The notes beneath the pieces were generated by a model, which was given only the letters and a program-made list of their open reading frames with translations, had not been told where the DNA came from and made no database searches. Made by a program: the position numbers and the translations under genes. Below are positions 53,301-64,000 of a stretch of DNA of 64,000 bases, piece after piece. The stretch comes from Octopus vulgaris (Eukaryota). Each line of letters starts with the position of its first letter. Positions within the stretch are counted from its first letter, which is position 1. The stretch spans positions 10,230,001-10,294,000 of the forward strand of contig OX597838.1 in NCBI GenBank assembly GCA_951406725.2. Direction: 5' to 3'.

Positions 53301-56300
53301 AGAGTAATAAGGTGAAGACTGACTCAGCTGTTGATAGCAGTAAAGCGAAGGCTAACTTGGCTGTTGATAGCAGTAAAGCGAAGACTGGCTCAGCTGTTGA
53401 TAATAAAGCAAAGACTGGCCCAGCTGTTGATAGTAAAGCGAAGACTGGCTCAGTTGTTGATAGTAAAGCGAAGACTGGCTCAGCTGTTGATAGTAAAGCG
53501 AAGACTGGCTCAGCTGGTGATAGTAAAGCAAAGACTGGCTCAGCTGTTGATAGTAAAGCAAAGACTGGCTCAGCTGTTGATAGTAAAGTGAAGACTGGCT
53601 CAGTTGTTGATAGTAAAGCGAAGACTGGCTCAGCTGTTGATAGTAAAGCAAAGACTGGCTCAGTTGTTGATAGTAAAGCAAAGACTGGCTCAGCTGTTGA
53701 TAGTAAAGCGAAGACTGGCTCAGCTGTTGATAGTAAAGCGAAGACTGGCTCAGCTGTTGATAGTAAAGCAAAGACTGGCTCAGCTGTTGATAGTAAAGCG
53801 AAGACTGGCTCAGCTGTTGATAGTAAAGCAAAGACTGGCTCAGCTGTTGATAGTAAAGCGAAGACTGGCTCAGCTGTTGATAGTAAAGCAAAGACTGGCT
53901 CAGTTGTTGATAGTAAAGCAAAGACTGGCTCAGTTGTTGATAGTAAAGCAAAGACTGGCTCAGCTGTTGACAGCAGTAAAGTAAAGACTGGCTCAGATGT
54001 TGATAGTAAAGCAAAGACTGGCTCAGCTGTTGATAGTAAAGCAAAGACTGGCTCAGCTGTTGATAGTAAAGCAAAGACTGGCTCAGCTGTTGACAGCAGT
54101 AAAGTAAAGACTGGCTCAGCTGTTGATAGTAAAGCAAAGACTGGCTCAGCTGTTGATAGTAAAGCAAAGACTGGCTCAGCTGTTGATAGTAAAGCAAAGA
54201 CTGGCTCAGCTGTTGATAGTAAAGCAAAGACTGGCTCAGCTGTTGAGGGCAGTAAAGCAAAGACTGGCTCAGCTGTTGACAGCAGTAAAGTAAAGACTGG
54301 CTCAGCTGTTGATAGTAAAGCAAAGACTGGCTCAGCTGTTGATAGTAAAGTAAAGACTGGCTCAGCTGTTGATAGTAAAGCAAAGACTGGCTCAGCTGTT
54401 GACAGCAGTAAAGTAAAGACTGGCTCAGCTGTTGATAGTAAAGCAAAGACTGGCTCAGCTGTTGATAGTAAAGCAAAGACTGGCTCAGCTGTTGACAGCA
54501 GTAAAGTAAAGACTGGCTCAGCTGTTGATTGTAAAGCAAAGACTGGCTCAGCTGTTGAGGGCAGTAAAGCAAAGACTGGCTTGGCTGTTGACAGCAGTAA
54601 AGTAAAGACTGGCTCAGATGTTGAGAGCAGTATGGTGAAGATTGGCTTGACTGTTGAGAGCAATAAGGTGAAGACTGGCTCAGATGTTGATAACAATAAG
54701 TTGAAAACCAGTTCAGATGCTGAAGTCAGTAAGAAGACAACTGACTCTAAAATCACTAAAGTGAAGACTGAATTAGCTGTTGATATCAGTATGGTGGAAA
54801 ATGGTTCTGATGTTGAAATTAGTGAGGTGAAAAGTAGCTTAGATATTGACATCAATAAAATGAAAGCTCACTCAGATGTTTTTATCAGTAGAATGAAAAC
54901 AGAAGGTGGTTTGGGTATTCGGGTCAGTAAGGTAAAGACCAACTCAGATGCTGAAACCATCAGCAAGATGGAAACTAGTTCAACTGTCAGTTGTCATAAG
55001 GTGAAGACTGATCCAACTATCAGTAGCAAAAAGGTGAAGATTGACTCAACTGTTGAAGCCAGTAAGGTGAAGAAGGAACCGAGTGTTGGTAACGGGAAAC
55101 AATCCACAGTCAAAAATGCCTATAAAAGACATTTGTCAAGTGAAGTTACATCTAATGAGAAAAAAGTTCGTGTAAATTGTAGTACTGACAGTCAAGACAG
55201 AAAGAATAGATCAAGTCCCGATGACTGTCATCGGATAAAGAATGCTGTATATTTTGATATTTCCAGCAAGAAAGATTTGTCGTCTACCAACATTTCTTGT
55301 GGGAAAACTATCACAACAAAATCTAACAGTTCATTTAAATATGTTGATAGTTCTGTTACTCTTAATAAGAGCAAAAACGCAACAAATGTCAGCAACTCTA
55401 GTAAGAAAATACTCAGCACCTCCACTTCCAGTGTAGTATTCTCTAAAGCTGATAGTTCCAGTAAAAAGATTCTATCTGGTGCTCACACTTCTGATGTAAA
55501 ATCTTCATCTAAAGCCAACACATCCAATAAAGAGTTTTTGTCAAACGCTGACATGTCCAGGAACAAGATTTTATCTACAGCTGACACATCCAGTAAAAAG
55601 GACTTATCTAGAGCTGGCACATCTAATAAAAAGACTTCATCTAAAGCCGACACTCACGGCAACAAGACTTCATCTAAAGCCGACACTCACGGCAATAAGA
55701 CTTCATCTAAAGCCGACACTCACGGCAATAAGACTTCATCTAAATCCGATATGTCCACAAAGAAAACTTCATCGATAGTTGACACTTCCCGGAAAAAGAC
55801 TTTATCTGATGGCAACATATCGATGAAGCCCGTACAAAATAATACTAACATTTCCAATAAGAAGACTTTGACAAATGCAAATGTTTCACAGAAGGAAAGA
55901 ACTGATACTACTGCCACTTCATTTACTGGGGTGGTTCATCGAAGTGTCTCTGCCTCCAAGAGAGGCTCGGATGCTGTTAGGAAACCCAGTTCTAAAAAAT
56001 GTAAGTTTTGTGAATTCACATCATTGAAAAGCTTTCAACTGATTAGGCATATGACTGTGAAACATGCCAAACAATACAAAGACTTCATTACAGAAAGAGA
56101 AATAAGAATTATAAAAGATGCAATTGTCAAGAACTCGAGAAAGGAGTATGTTTGTCCATTTTGCAAGCATTGTTGCAGCATTCGCACGGATTGTAAATTA
56201 CACATATATCACAAGCATTTGCATTTAAAAACTCTGAAGTGCAGCCAATGCATGTTTTTTACAAGGTTACCATTTCAGCTAGAACAACACCTTTCATTCC

Positions 56301-56311
56301 ATTTGAAATAA
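47400..56311 (+). CDS. Giant single-coding-exon C2H2 zinc-finger protein (~2,950 aa) with central Lys/Ser/Thr-rich tandem repeats; apparent frameshift at ~51130-51310
   Basis: Splice acceptor tttctgtatatttacag ends 47384, ATG at 47400. ORFs 47385-51221 and 51299-56311 share the same repeat unit. About 9 CxxC..HxxxH-type fingers N-terminally (e.g. CTHCDFTADTYSLLAKHLKTH) and 3 C-terminally (e.g. CKFCEFTSLKSFQLIRHMTVKH). No TGEKP linkers. Confidence 0.88.
50893..53230 (+). repeat. Coding minisatellite, 33-bp unit (KTRTGSPVDNS) with higher-order spacers
   Basis: Tandem aaaacaaggactggctcacctgtcgataacagt variants; spacer SPDTVEQSKE..KADSDVEISKV recurs near 50797, 51822 and 52422. Confidence 0.97.
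53340..54600 (+). repeat. Coding minisatellite, 30-bp unit (KAKTGSAVDS) with interspersed 33-bp variants
   Basis: Tandem aaagcaaagactggctcagctgttgatagt. Confidence 0.97.
55630..55745 (+). repeat. Coding 33-bp repeat x3 (KTSSKADTHGN)
   Basis: Three near-identical units aagacttcatctaaagccgacactcacggcaat. Confidence 0.95.
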
Positions 56312-57375
56312 GAATATTAGGAAAACCAGAGTCTGGCATTGTTCAGTTGAGATTAAAAATGTAAAAATCTTGTAAATTAGCAAAGGGTTGCAGCTAGGAC
56401 AATCGAGAACTGTCTAGATGCAAATATCAAAATGTTTAGTTTTGTCCTTCCAGTTTCTAAGTTCAAAACTTACAGAGATTCTAAATGACAGTCGTATTTC
56501 TGCAGGGTCGAGGTTAGTTTAATTAGCTGGATATCTTCTCTGAAAGTGGCCTTATGCTTGTGTAATTTATAATTCACTTAAATATATTCAAATTATGAAT
56601 AGGGAAAACAAAATATGAGTTTAGCTTTAAAAAAAATAAATTCATTTTCAGATCCAAAAGCTCTTCGAGGTTTTAAACAGTTCCTAGATCTGCACTTTGA
56701 GCTGTTTTGCTAAAGTACTGCTTTCTGGAATCTGAAGAGTTGATAGTGATCTCTGTAAGCGGGGGTGCGCTTAATCATATGAAACAAACATTATAAATGT
56801 CAGAATGCATATACAGAAAAATAGCAGAGATTTTAGGCTGAGCCTTGCTTCAGTAAAGAATTATCAGAGGTGTCGTTAAAATTATCAAATTTCTTCTCCC
56901 ACCAAAATAAGTCTTATTTTATGCTTCTCACTGGTCCATAAAGCTAGCTTTCAAGGTGACTTGTTTTATAAATGTAAATAATAACTAAACCTTCAACAAC
57001 CAATATCCTCAGTTGATTTTATTCTGAGGGTAATAAAAGTGGTTGCTTTTGGACCATACAGAAAAGATAAACTGAAAGTTCATGTTACTGGTTATTTTTT
57101 ACTGTGAGGGTAGAAACACCATACAAAGGTTATGTAAATATTTGAGCAAACTGTGACCAGAAGTCACGTTTGATTCCAAGTTAAAACTATTTTGCATTGC
57201 TTCCCATTGCCAAGAACTTGGATGGACATTCCTTTACCAATTAGTGATCACAAAATGCAGTGTGAACATTTGGTATTCAGTTCATTTGTATGAGATTAAT
57301 CTGTTTCATCAGTTGTATATTAAATGTTCTCCTTGTTTATATTTCATAATGAATAAATCAGTATTTTCTTAATTT
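56312..57375 (+). other. Probable 3' UTR of the zinc-finger gene
   Basis: Unique CpG-poor sequence after the stop; AATAAA at ~56635 and ~57352, the latter followed by a T-rich tract. Confidence 0.55.
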
Positions 57376-57473
57376 CTTCTCATTTTAATTTTAAAAAAAA
57401 GATTTCCTTCATTAACCATTTTTGTTGCAGAAATCAGAAATATTCACTCAAAAGAAGAAAAAAATTCATTAAG

Positions 57474-57952
57474 GTGGCTGTGTGTTAAGAAGCTTGCTTC
57501 CCAACCACCTGATTCCAGGTTCAATCCCACTGTGTGGCATCTTGGGGCAAGTGTCTTCTCCTATATAGCCTCAGGTTGATCAAAGCTTTGCGAGTGGATT
57601 TGGTTGATGGAAACTGAAAGAAGCCTGTCTATATATATATATATATATATAGTTAATCCAAACATGAAAACACAACAATGCGAAGACATGGAACAAATAT
57701 AGTATTATTGGACGCTCAGGAAAGAAAGAAAGAAGGAGGGGTTAACATTTCGAGTGGAGCTCTTCGTCAGAAACATAGGAAAAGGAAAGATCCAAAGAAG
57801 GGAAAACGGAGCGAAAAAAATCGTCCCCTCCATCTCTTAACAACTGATCCCTGTAACTTAGCGGTTCAGCAAGGGACCAATAAAATAACAGGCTTAAAAA
57901 GTAAGCACTGGGGTCGCTAGATTCAACTAAAAATTCACGGCATTGCCCCAGC
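57474..57952 (+). mobile_element. SINE family B split by a hammerhead-bearing fragment (57650-57825)
   Basis: Head, (TA)n, foreign insert, then diverged tail. Confidence 0.8.
57740..57774 (-). ncRNA. Minimal hammerhead-like motif in a Penelope-like fragment
   Basis: Minus strand gttt-CTGACGA-a-gag(ctcca)ctc-GAAAT-GTT-aacc. Confidence 0.55.
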
Positions 57953-58112
57953 TGCCAGGATGGATGCATCTGTCTTTGTTTTGAGTTCAAATACCTCCAC
58001 GGTTGACTTCATTTTTTGGGGTTGATAAAATAAATTAACAGTTGAATCGTGGAGTCGATGTAATTTACTTAGCCTTCTTTTAAAATTGCTGGTTCTCTTG
58101 TGTCTGGGGAGA

Positions 58113-58830
58113 TTCTTTATGTGAGCTTGTGTGTTGAAGCATATTCTGTTATGTCTGGGGAGAGTCATTCTTTTTTAGTGCCTTATAATATAACACACTC
58201 ACTGGTAAAATTTCCATGCATTTATTTATTTATTTTTCTAAAGTTTTCGTTGCATCTTGCAACCTTTTCAATAGTTGTTGTAGAGTCAATAACTACTGAA
58301 AAGGTTGCAAGACGCAACGAAAATTTTAGAAAAATAAATGATTGAGTGGAAATTTTACCGGTGAGTAAGATGGAAACACTCCGTCGGTTACGACGACGAC
58401 GAGGGTTCCGGTTGATCCGAATCAACGGAACAGCCTGCTCGTGAAATTAACGTGTAAGTGGCTGAGCACTCCACAGACACGTGTACCCTTAACGTAGTTC
58501 TCGGGGATATTCAGCGTGACACAGAGAGTGACAAGGCCGGCGGCCCTTTGAAATACAGGTACAACAGAAACAGGAAGTAAGAGTGAGAGAAAGTTGTGGT
58601 GAAAAGAGTACAGCAGGGATCACCACCATCCCCTGCCGGAGCCTCGTGGAGCTTTAGGTGTTTTCGCTCAATAAACACTCACAACGCCCGGTCTGGGAAT
58701 CGAAACCGCGAGTCCGCTGCCCTAACCACTGGGCCTCCATTAACGGTGAGTAAAAGAAGGCACTAAAAGAGAATGGCACTCCCCAGATACAACAGAATAT
58801 GCTTCAACACACTAGTTCACATGAAGAATC
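58113..58830. mobile_element. Palindromic element with a hammerhead-like motif on each arm, interrupted by a SINE
   Basis: Arm 58113-58280 is inverted relative to 58285-58368 plus 58752-58830; motifs at 58238-58274(-) and 58293-58329(+). Confidence 0.7.
58369..58740 (-). mobile_element. SINE family C
   Basis: Reverse complement of 45874-46259; TSD cggtgagtaa. Confidence 0.9.
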
Positions 58831-59039
58831 TTGCAAACCAAATCCAAAAGCGAAATAAAATTGCTGGCCTTCTACCAAAAATCGTAAAGGAAAAAACCCA
58901 AGTTCCCAGAAAAGGGTGGTGGGGTTTTTTTTGTTTGTTTTTTTTTTAAGTGTGAGCCACATTTTAATGATATTGGGAGTTTCGAATTTTGAAGATCTGA
59001 CTTTCGGTCTAAATCGTTGTTACACGGCAGATGGTTGTT

Positions 59040-59328
59040 AAATGCAAATATATGGGAAATTACCACCTGTGTCATCTCTTGTGAAAGGTAGGAGAGTCCA
59101 GTTTGCTGGACATTGTTGTAGAGCTGAAAAAGAAGTAATTTCTACTCTTCTCCTCTGGAAGCCATCTACTCGCAATACCAGAGGGCGCACACTCTCCTAC
59201 CCTGATGTAATCTCCAGGGATACAGGCATCCAGCAACAGGACCTCCGTAATGCTATGATGGACCGTGAAGTCTGGCGTAACATAGTAAATTCCATTGTCT
59301 CGACCACGGTCGAACAATAATAATAATG
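59040..59328 (+). mobile_element. RTE-group LINE 3' end
   Basis: IYGKLPPVSSLVKGRRVQFAGHCCR..LLLWKP..RGR..AMMDREVWR then (TAA)n. Confidence 0.85.
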
Positions 59329-59369
59329 TTAAAGGAGCAATCTTGCTTCTCACAAAATAGAAATATTTT

Positions 59370-59620
59370 TCATGGCAACAGCAGACAAAATGAAAAAGGT
59401 GTTGCCTCGGAAAATAGCGAGGGAGATACGCTGGAACAGCCACTTTGACTCACGGGGCTCGCATTTGCAGACAGAAATCTCTGCTCCGTTAGTGGTGAGC
59501 AGAGATATAGACCAGGGGCCAAGAATGCCGGAGGTCTCAACTGTCACAGGCTCGACCATAAACCTATCGGAGAGCGACCGGATACCTTGACAGTTTACTT
59601 TTCTGCATCTTTTTAATCTC
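59370..59620 (-). mobile_element. CRE-clade non-LTR C-terminal remnant
   Basis: EPVTVETSGILG...EPRESKWLFQRISLAIFRGN motif. Confidence 0.75.
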
Positions 59621-59651
59621 GGTTGCAGTGACTTAACTTTTTTTTGTTTAA

Positions 59652-60517
59652 TGTTTACAACTTGACCCGGAAACGAAAATCAGAAAAAAATAGTGCAATG
59701 GGTGTAGGAAACGAATATGAAAAAAAAAAGAAAAAAACAATTGCGCGCAAAATAACGGGAGGGTGGGGAGAGGACCTCGGAAAATTCCCGAATCCGAGCT
59801 TTTTCCCTTGTAACTTTTAGGAAAATTGGGGGGGGGGGTTCAATGAACTTTTATAGAAAAAACTTTCAAACGACATACATTACGATTATAAAGAAATTTG
59901 TGGGTAAAATCTTTTCCAAGGGAGAGGACTTCGGAAAATTCACAAGATCCGAGTTTTTCCCTCATAACTTCTGCAAAATGTCATCTTAAAATATGTATAA
60001 AGAAAGGGTGTTGATGCAGCTTCGCACCTCATCTTAAAAACTGCAAAGATTTCTTCGGATTCCTAGTTATAGTAAAGGTGCACTTGTAAAAATTTAACGT
60101 GCGTGTCTGTATATATATATGTGTGTGTGTGTATATATATATCTATGTATGTATATATATGTATCGCTTTCTCTATAGAGAGAAATAAAAAGTAATAACG
60201 ACGGAAGGTTTAAATAAAGCGTAAAAATAATTGAAGATAAAACATTAAAAATTATTGAAAGTGGGCAGAAATAAACACTACTTACTGTTTTTAACGAGGA
60301 AAAATTCTTGGGAATTTTCCGAAAGTCCTCTCCTCACCTCAAGATTTTCCACACAAATTGCTTTATAATCGTAATGTATGACGTTTGAAAGGTATTTATA
60401 TAAAATTTCATTGAGAAAAAAAAACCCATTTTCCTAAAAGTTACAAGGGAAAAACTCGGATCTTGTGAATTTTCCGAGATCCTCTCCTCGCATCGTTTCC
60501 GGGTCAAGTTGTAAACA
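59652..60517. mobile_element. Foldback MITE, 25-bp perfect TIR flanked by TTAA
   Basis: ttaa|tgtttacaacttgacccggaaacga ... tcgtttccgggtcaagttgtaaaca|ttaa, plus long internal inverted repeats. Confidence 0.9.
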
Positions 60518-60961
60518 TTAACCCTTTTTTCTGCTAATGCTCTTCACAAAGACGCGCACTTAACTGCATTCTATTTATGAACCCTTCCCCGATCATAGGG
60601 TATTTATGCTCAGTCAATAACAAGACCGTTTTGTTAGGACGTTGCGATGCAAGAGGTTGGGTGCTGTTGAGTTACAAACACAATCTGGTTTAGATTTTTT
60701 CTTAATGCCCGCACGGTAGTTATTCTAGGAGAGGTATGAATGTCGTAATATTTCATTTCCAACTCTCACTAAAATGCTGAGCTATTTTGCCTCAAATCAA
60801 GAGAGAAACCAATATTTCTTGACCAACGAAGCTGAACTCGGAATTGTCGGCGAGAGCAAGTGCGTAAGGCCAGGGGAGATAACTCCAAATTGCTTAGCTT
60901 GCAACGATCTCAGTTCTGTTAAAAAATCCTTTCTTGTAAATTTGGAAGCATTTTTAATGGG

Positions 60962-61172
60962 GAGGCGAGCTGCAGAATCGTTACTGTGTCGGACAAAAAA
61001 ATTAGCGGCATTTCTTCCAGCTCTTTACGCCCTGAGTTCAAATACCGCCGAGGTCAACTTTGTCTTTCATCCTTTCGGGGGCTATAAACTAAAGTACCAG
61101 TCAAGTCCTGCGGTCGATGTAATCGACCACCCTTTCCTCTAAAATTGCTGGCCTTGTACCAAAATTTGAAAC
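60962..61172 (+). mobile_element. Diverged SINE family A copy
   Basis: ggcgagctgcagaatcgtta...ctttcatcctttcgggg...gccttgtaccaaaatttgaaac. Confidence 0.7.
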
Positions 61173-62271
61173 AATTCTTAGGGATTTAATGATTCCATTA
61201 AAATAGAAACTAGAAGAAATCACGGCGGAGGTCGGGTGTTAGTAATCTGCCTAGCTTTGATTGTTAGTTACAGGGTGAGCGGTAAGGTCAAATGATAACA
61301 GTGGACCTTAAGACCTGAAACGGAGAAAATTAAAATCCTTGTTTTATAATTACTTCAATAACGCAATGTTCTAGCATAGTTCGATGATGGAGAAAGACGG
61401 ACTGGAATGACATCTAAATATTCATCGTCATTAGACTTTCTGCACGAGATAAGATTTTTGCGCACAACTTGCAGATGCAAGTGTTAGCAATTGAAAGCTC
61501 TGCATACCGGATGCTAGTATACTTACATCGAAAGAGAAGGCAAACACCATTTCGGGGCCTTCCTCCCAATGACATTATTGCGCACCGGCCCCCCATCAAG
61601 GAGATGAGGCCACGCTTGCTAGATCAACTTGTTATTAAGTTTCGTTCAATATTCTTCTAGCCATTGCTCATCGTCTCTTTTTAACCGAATCTTGTTAAAT
61701 CTTGCTTAATCCACCGTACAGAGACGAAAGCTTTTCGAAAATATATATATCCAGGAACGTGGAATTCGGTCAAAGGAAAATTTCGATACATTCGTAGCCA
61801 GGTGATACCAGGTGAGCCGTTCTCATTCACCGAGCGTCTTTGACAAAGACAAAAATCCTAAGCGAAAGACAAAGAAAATTAAATTGTATTCTGATACATT
61901 TAAAATTGATCTAGATTAAAACCTCTCATAAAAAATGTCGTGTTATTTTATATTCCAAACACCAGCGTAATAAAGACATTGTCCTTTCATTAATTTCTTC
62001 ATTGTTTTCAAAATTAATTGAAATAAAGGCGATGTATTACAACATAGATTTAGCAACGAAAGGGTTCCATAAATATCGCCGTTATTTGAGAGCGTTTCTC
62101 GTATAATTTGATCGTACGTTGAGTGGTAAGTCATAAAAATTGTTGTTGTCTTAATGTTTTAAACTTTTTAGAAATTAAGGAGGACAAGAGATATGAAATT
62201 ACACTGGAACTTTGGTAAACAATATCTATACAATGGGAATTTGACAACAAGGAATATTTTTTTGCAATCGA

Positions 62272-62504
62272 TAGGCGCAGCTTGCTTACCAACCACATGG
62301 TTCCGGGTTCAGTCCCACTGCGTGGCACCTTGGGCAAATGTCTTCTACTATAAGTCTTGGGCCGACCAGAGCTTTGTGAGAGGAATTGGTAGACGGAAAC
62401 TGAAAGAAACCCGTCGTGTGTCTGTGTTTGTCCCCACCACCACCATCGCTTGACAACTGGTGCTGGTGTATTTACGTCCCCGTAACTTAGCGATTTGGCA
62501 AAAA
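62272..62504 (+). mobile_element. SINE family B, 3' truncated
   Basis: Match to family B up to ggcaaaa. Confidence 0.85.
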
Positions 62505-62672
62505 GCCTTCATCAGGTATGTTCTGGACATTTCGAACCTGGGTCCTCATTCCTAAGGTATTTTTCGATGCTATTGTTGTTGTTGTTGTTGTTATTATTCA
62601 GGTTACTGCCTGGAATCGAACTCGGAATCTTGGGGTTAGTAGCCCGTGCTCTTAACCACTATACTATATGCT
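62505..62672 (-). mobile_element. tRNA-headed SINE fragment, separate family
   Basis: Minus strand A box tagtatagtggtt, B box gagttcgattcc, (AAC)n, truncated after ctgatgaaggc. Confidence 0.7.
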
Positions 62673-62688
62673 CCAGTGGTTCAGAGCA

Positions 62689-62732
<44 letters not shown>

Positions 62733-62739
62733 GAAAAAT

Positions 62740-62772
<33 letters not shown>

Positions 62773-62777
<5 letters not shown>

Positions 62778-63008
62778 CAAACTGGGACAAGAACGTAAAA
62801 CATTTAGAAGACGATACAAAAAACACGGACGGGACATTCGAAGCCTTCAATCATCAGTCAAGAATCGGATCATCCTAGCAATTTCAGCCAGCCGAAATTG
62901 CTAGGATGATCCAGTTCTTGACTGAAGATTGAAGGCTTCGAATGTCCCTTCCGTGTTTTTTGTATCGTCTTGTAAATGTTTTACGTTCTTATCCCAGTTT
63001 GTATTTTT
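62773..63008. mobile_element. ~235-bp near-perfect hairpin element in (TA)n, probably Penelope-like
   Basis: Two ~115-bp inverted arms meeting at ~62889; related to the element at 16280-16570. Confidence 0.75.
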
Positions 63009-63189
63009 CTACATATTTATATATAGCGGCGTCCGTACCCTCGTTGGCCTTATGTAAGTATATATATATATATACATGCATATATACAACAGGCTTCTTT
63101 CAGTTTCCGTCTACCAAATCCGTCTACCAAATCAAGATATATATATATCTTGATTTTCAAAAGTTGTCAGATCTTTTGTCTACCTAGTT

Positions 63190-64000
63190 TGTAAGGAGCT
63201 AGAGACTGAAGATGGAAATGTATCACCAGTATCAAAACATAAAAAGCATTCTAAACACTCTGAAATCATCAGAACACCGGAATTTATCCAACAAGTTCAA
63301 CAGACCATTGATTACAATCCCAGAAAGTCCATGAGGTCAACTGCAAAAGATTTCCATGTGTCAGAAGGAACAGTCAGAAATGTTGTTCATGAAGACATCA
63401 GATACAAATCTCTTATGATAAGGGAAGGTCAGTTTGTCAGAAGAAGCAAAAGAAAATCACTACATTATGTCAGATTTTTAGATCTGAAAAATCCAACAGA
63501 AGATATGATTTGGTTTTTCTCAAACGAGAAAAATTTCAACCAAGATCAAAAAGTTAACAGAAGAAATGACAGATGGTTATGTACAAACCCTACTGAATTC
63601 CAAGTGTTATGCATACAAAATTTCTTGCAACTGTCATGGTTTTAGGGGTTGTCAGCAGTGAAGGACATGTGATGCCTCCTTACTTCTTTCCACAAGGCCT
63701 TAGAGTTAACTCTGCTACCTACATTGAGGTCCTGGTAACAATTGTTAAGCCCTGAATAGACAGTATATTTAATGGAAGGCCATATGTGTTTCACTAAGAC
63801 TGCACTATCACACATGGCTCTAGTAACACAAGAATGGATGGCTGAAAATTTCCATGATCACATAACCCTTAACATTTGGCCTCCTAATTCCCCTGCTCTC
63901 AATCCATTGGACTATTACATGTGGAGCGGCGTTGAGAGAGAGAGAGGTCAATGAACATGCTCATAATACCAAAGATTCTTTGAAAGCTGCCATAGTCAGA
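63190..64000 (+). pseudogene. Decayed Tc1/mariner transposase (maT/DD37D-like), runs off the window
   Basis: WFFSNEKNF, VMVLGVVSSEG.VMPP, WPPNSPALNPLDYYMW with stops and frameshifts. Confidence 0.88.

Noticed and set aside
50893-54600. CRISPR-like regular repeats
   Set aside because: Contiguous in-frame tandem units with no unique spacers or cas genes, in eukaryotic DNA.
53340-54600. KAKT/KTRS similarity to the histone H2A tail, and A/G-biased unit variants resembling RNA editing
   Set aside because: Four-residue matches in low-complexity sequence and ordinary transition bias explain both.
51208-54855. 1215-aa antisense ORF and other overlapping ORFs in the array
   Set aside because: By-product of stop-free 30/33-bp units; essentially confined to the repeat, with no independent domains.
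61414-61660. Short ORFs with CICKLC in unique-looking sequence
   Set aside because: No recognisable domain or convincing splice context.

Overview
AT-rich eukaryotic DNA, most consistent with an octopus (cephalopod) genome, inferred from the SINE and microsatellite landscape rather than from a search. It holds one clear protein-coding gene: a ~8.9-kb single coding exon (47400-56311, +) for a ~2,950-aa protein with about 12 dispersed C2H2 zinc fingers around ~4 kb of coding minisatellite, with an apparent frameshift in a garbled part of the array. The rest is mostly mobile DNA: several tRNA-derived SINE families (labelled A-D here), LINE 3' remnants (R4/Dong, CR1-group, RTE, CRE), Gypsy LTR and integrase remnants with a tRNA-Trp primer site, Helitrons, TIR/foldback MITEs, a decayed Tc1/mariner transposase and many microsatellites. 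Nearly all short ORFs in the track are repeat artefacts. The most notable unannotated signal is a set of minimal type-I hammerhead-ribozyme-like motifs from several unrelated repeat families, often within palindromic elements inserted in (TA)n, including a U3-A8 compensatory core variant with stem covariation between copies. All folds were read by eye and no activity is shown.
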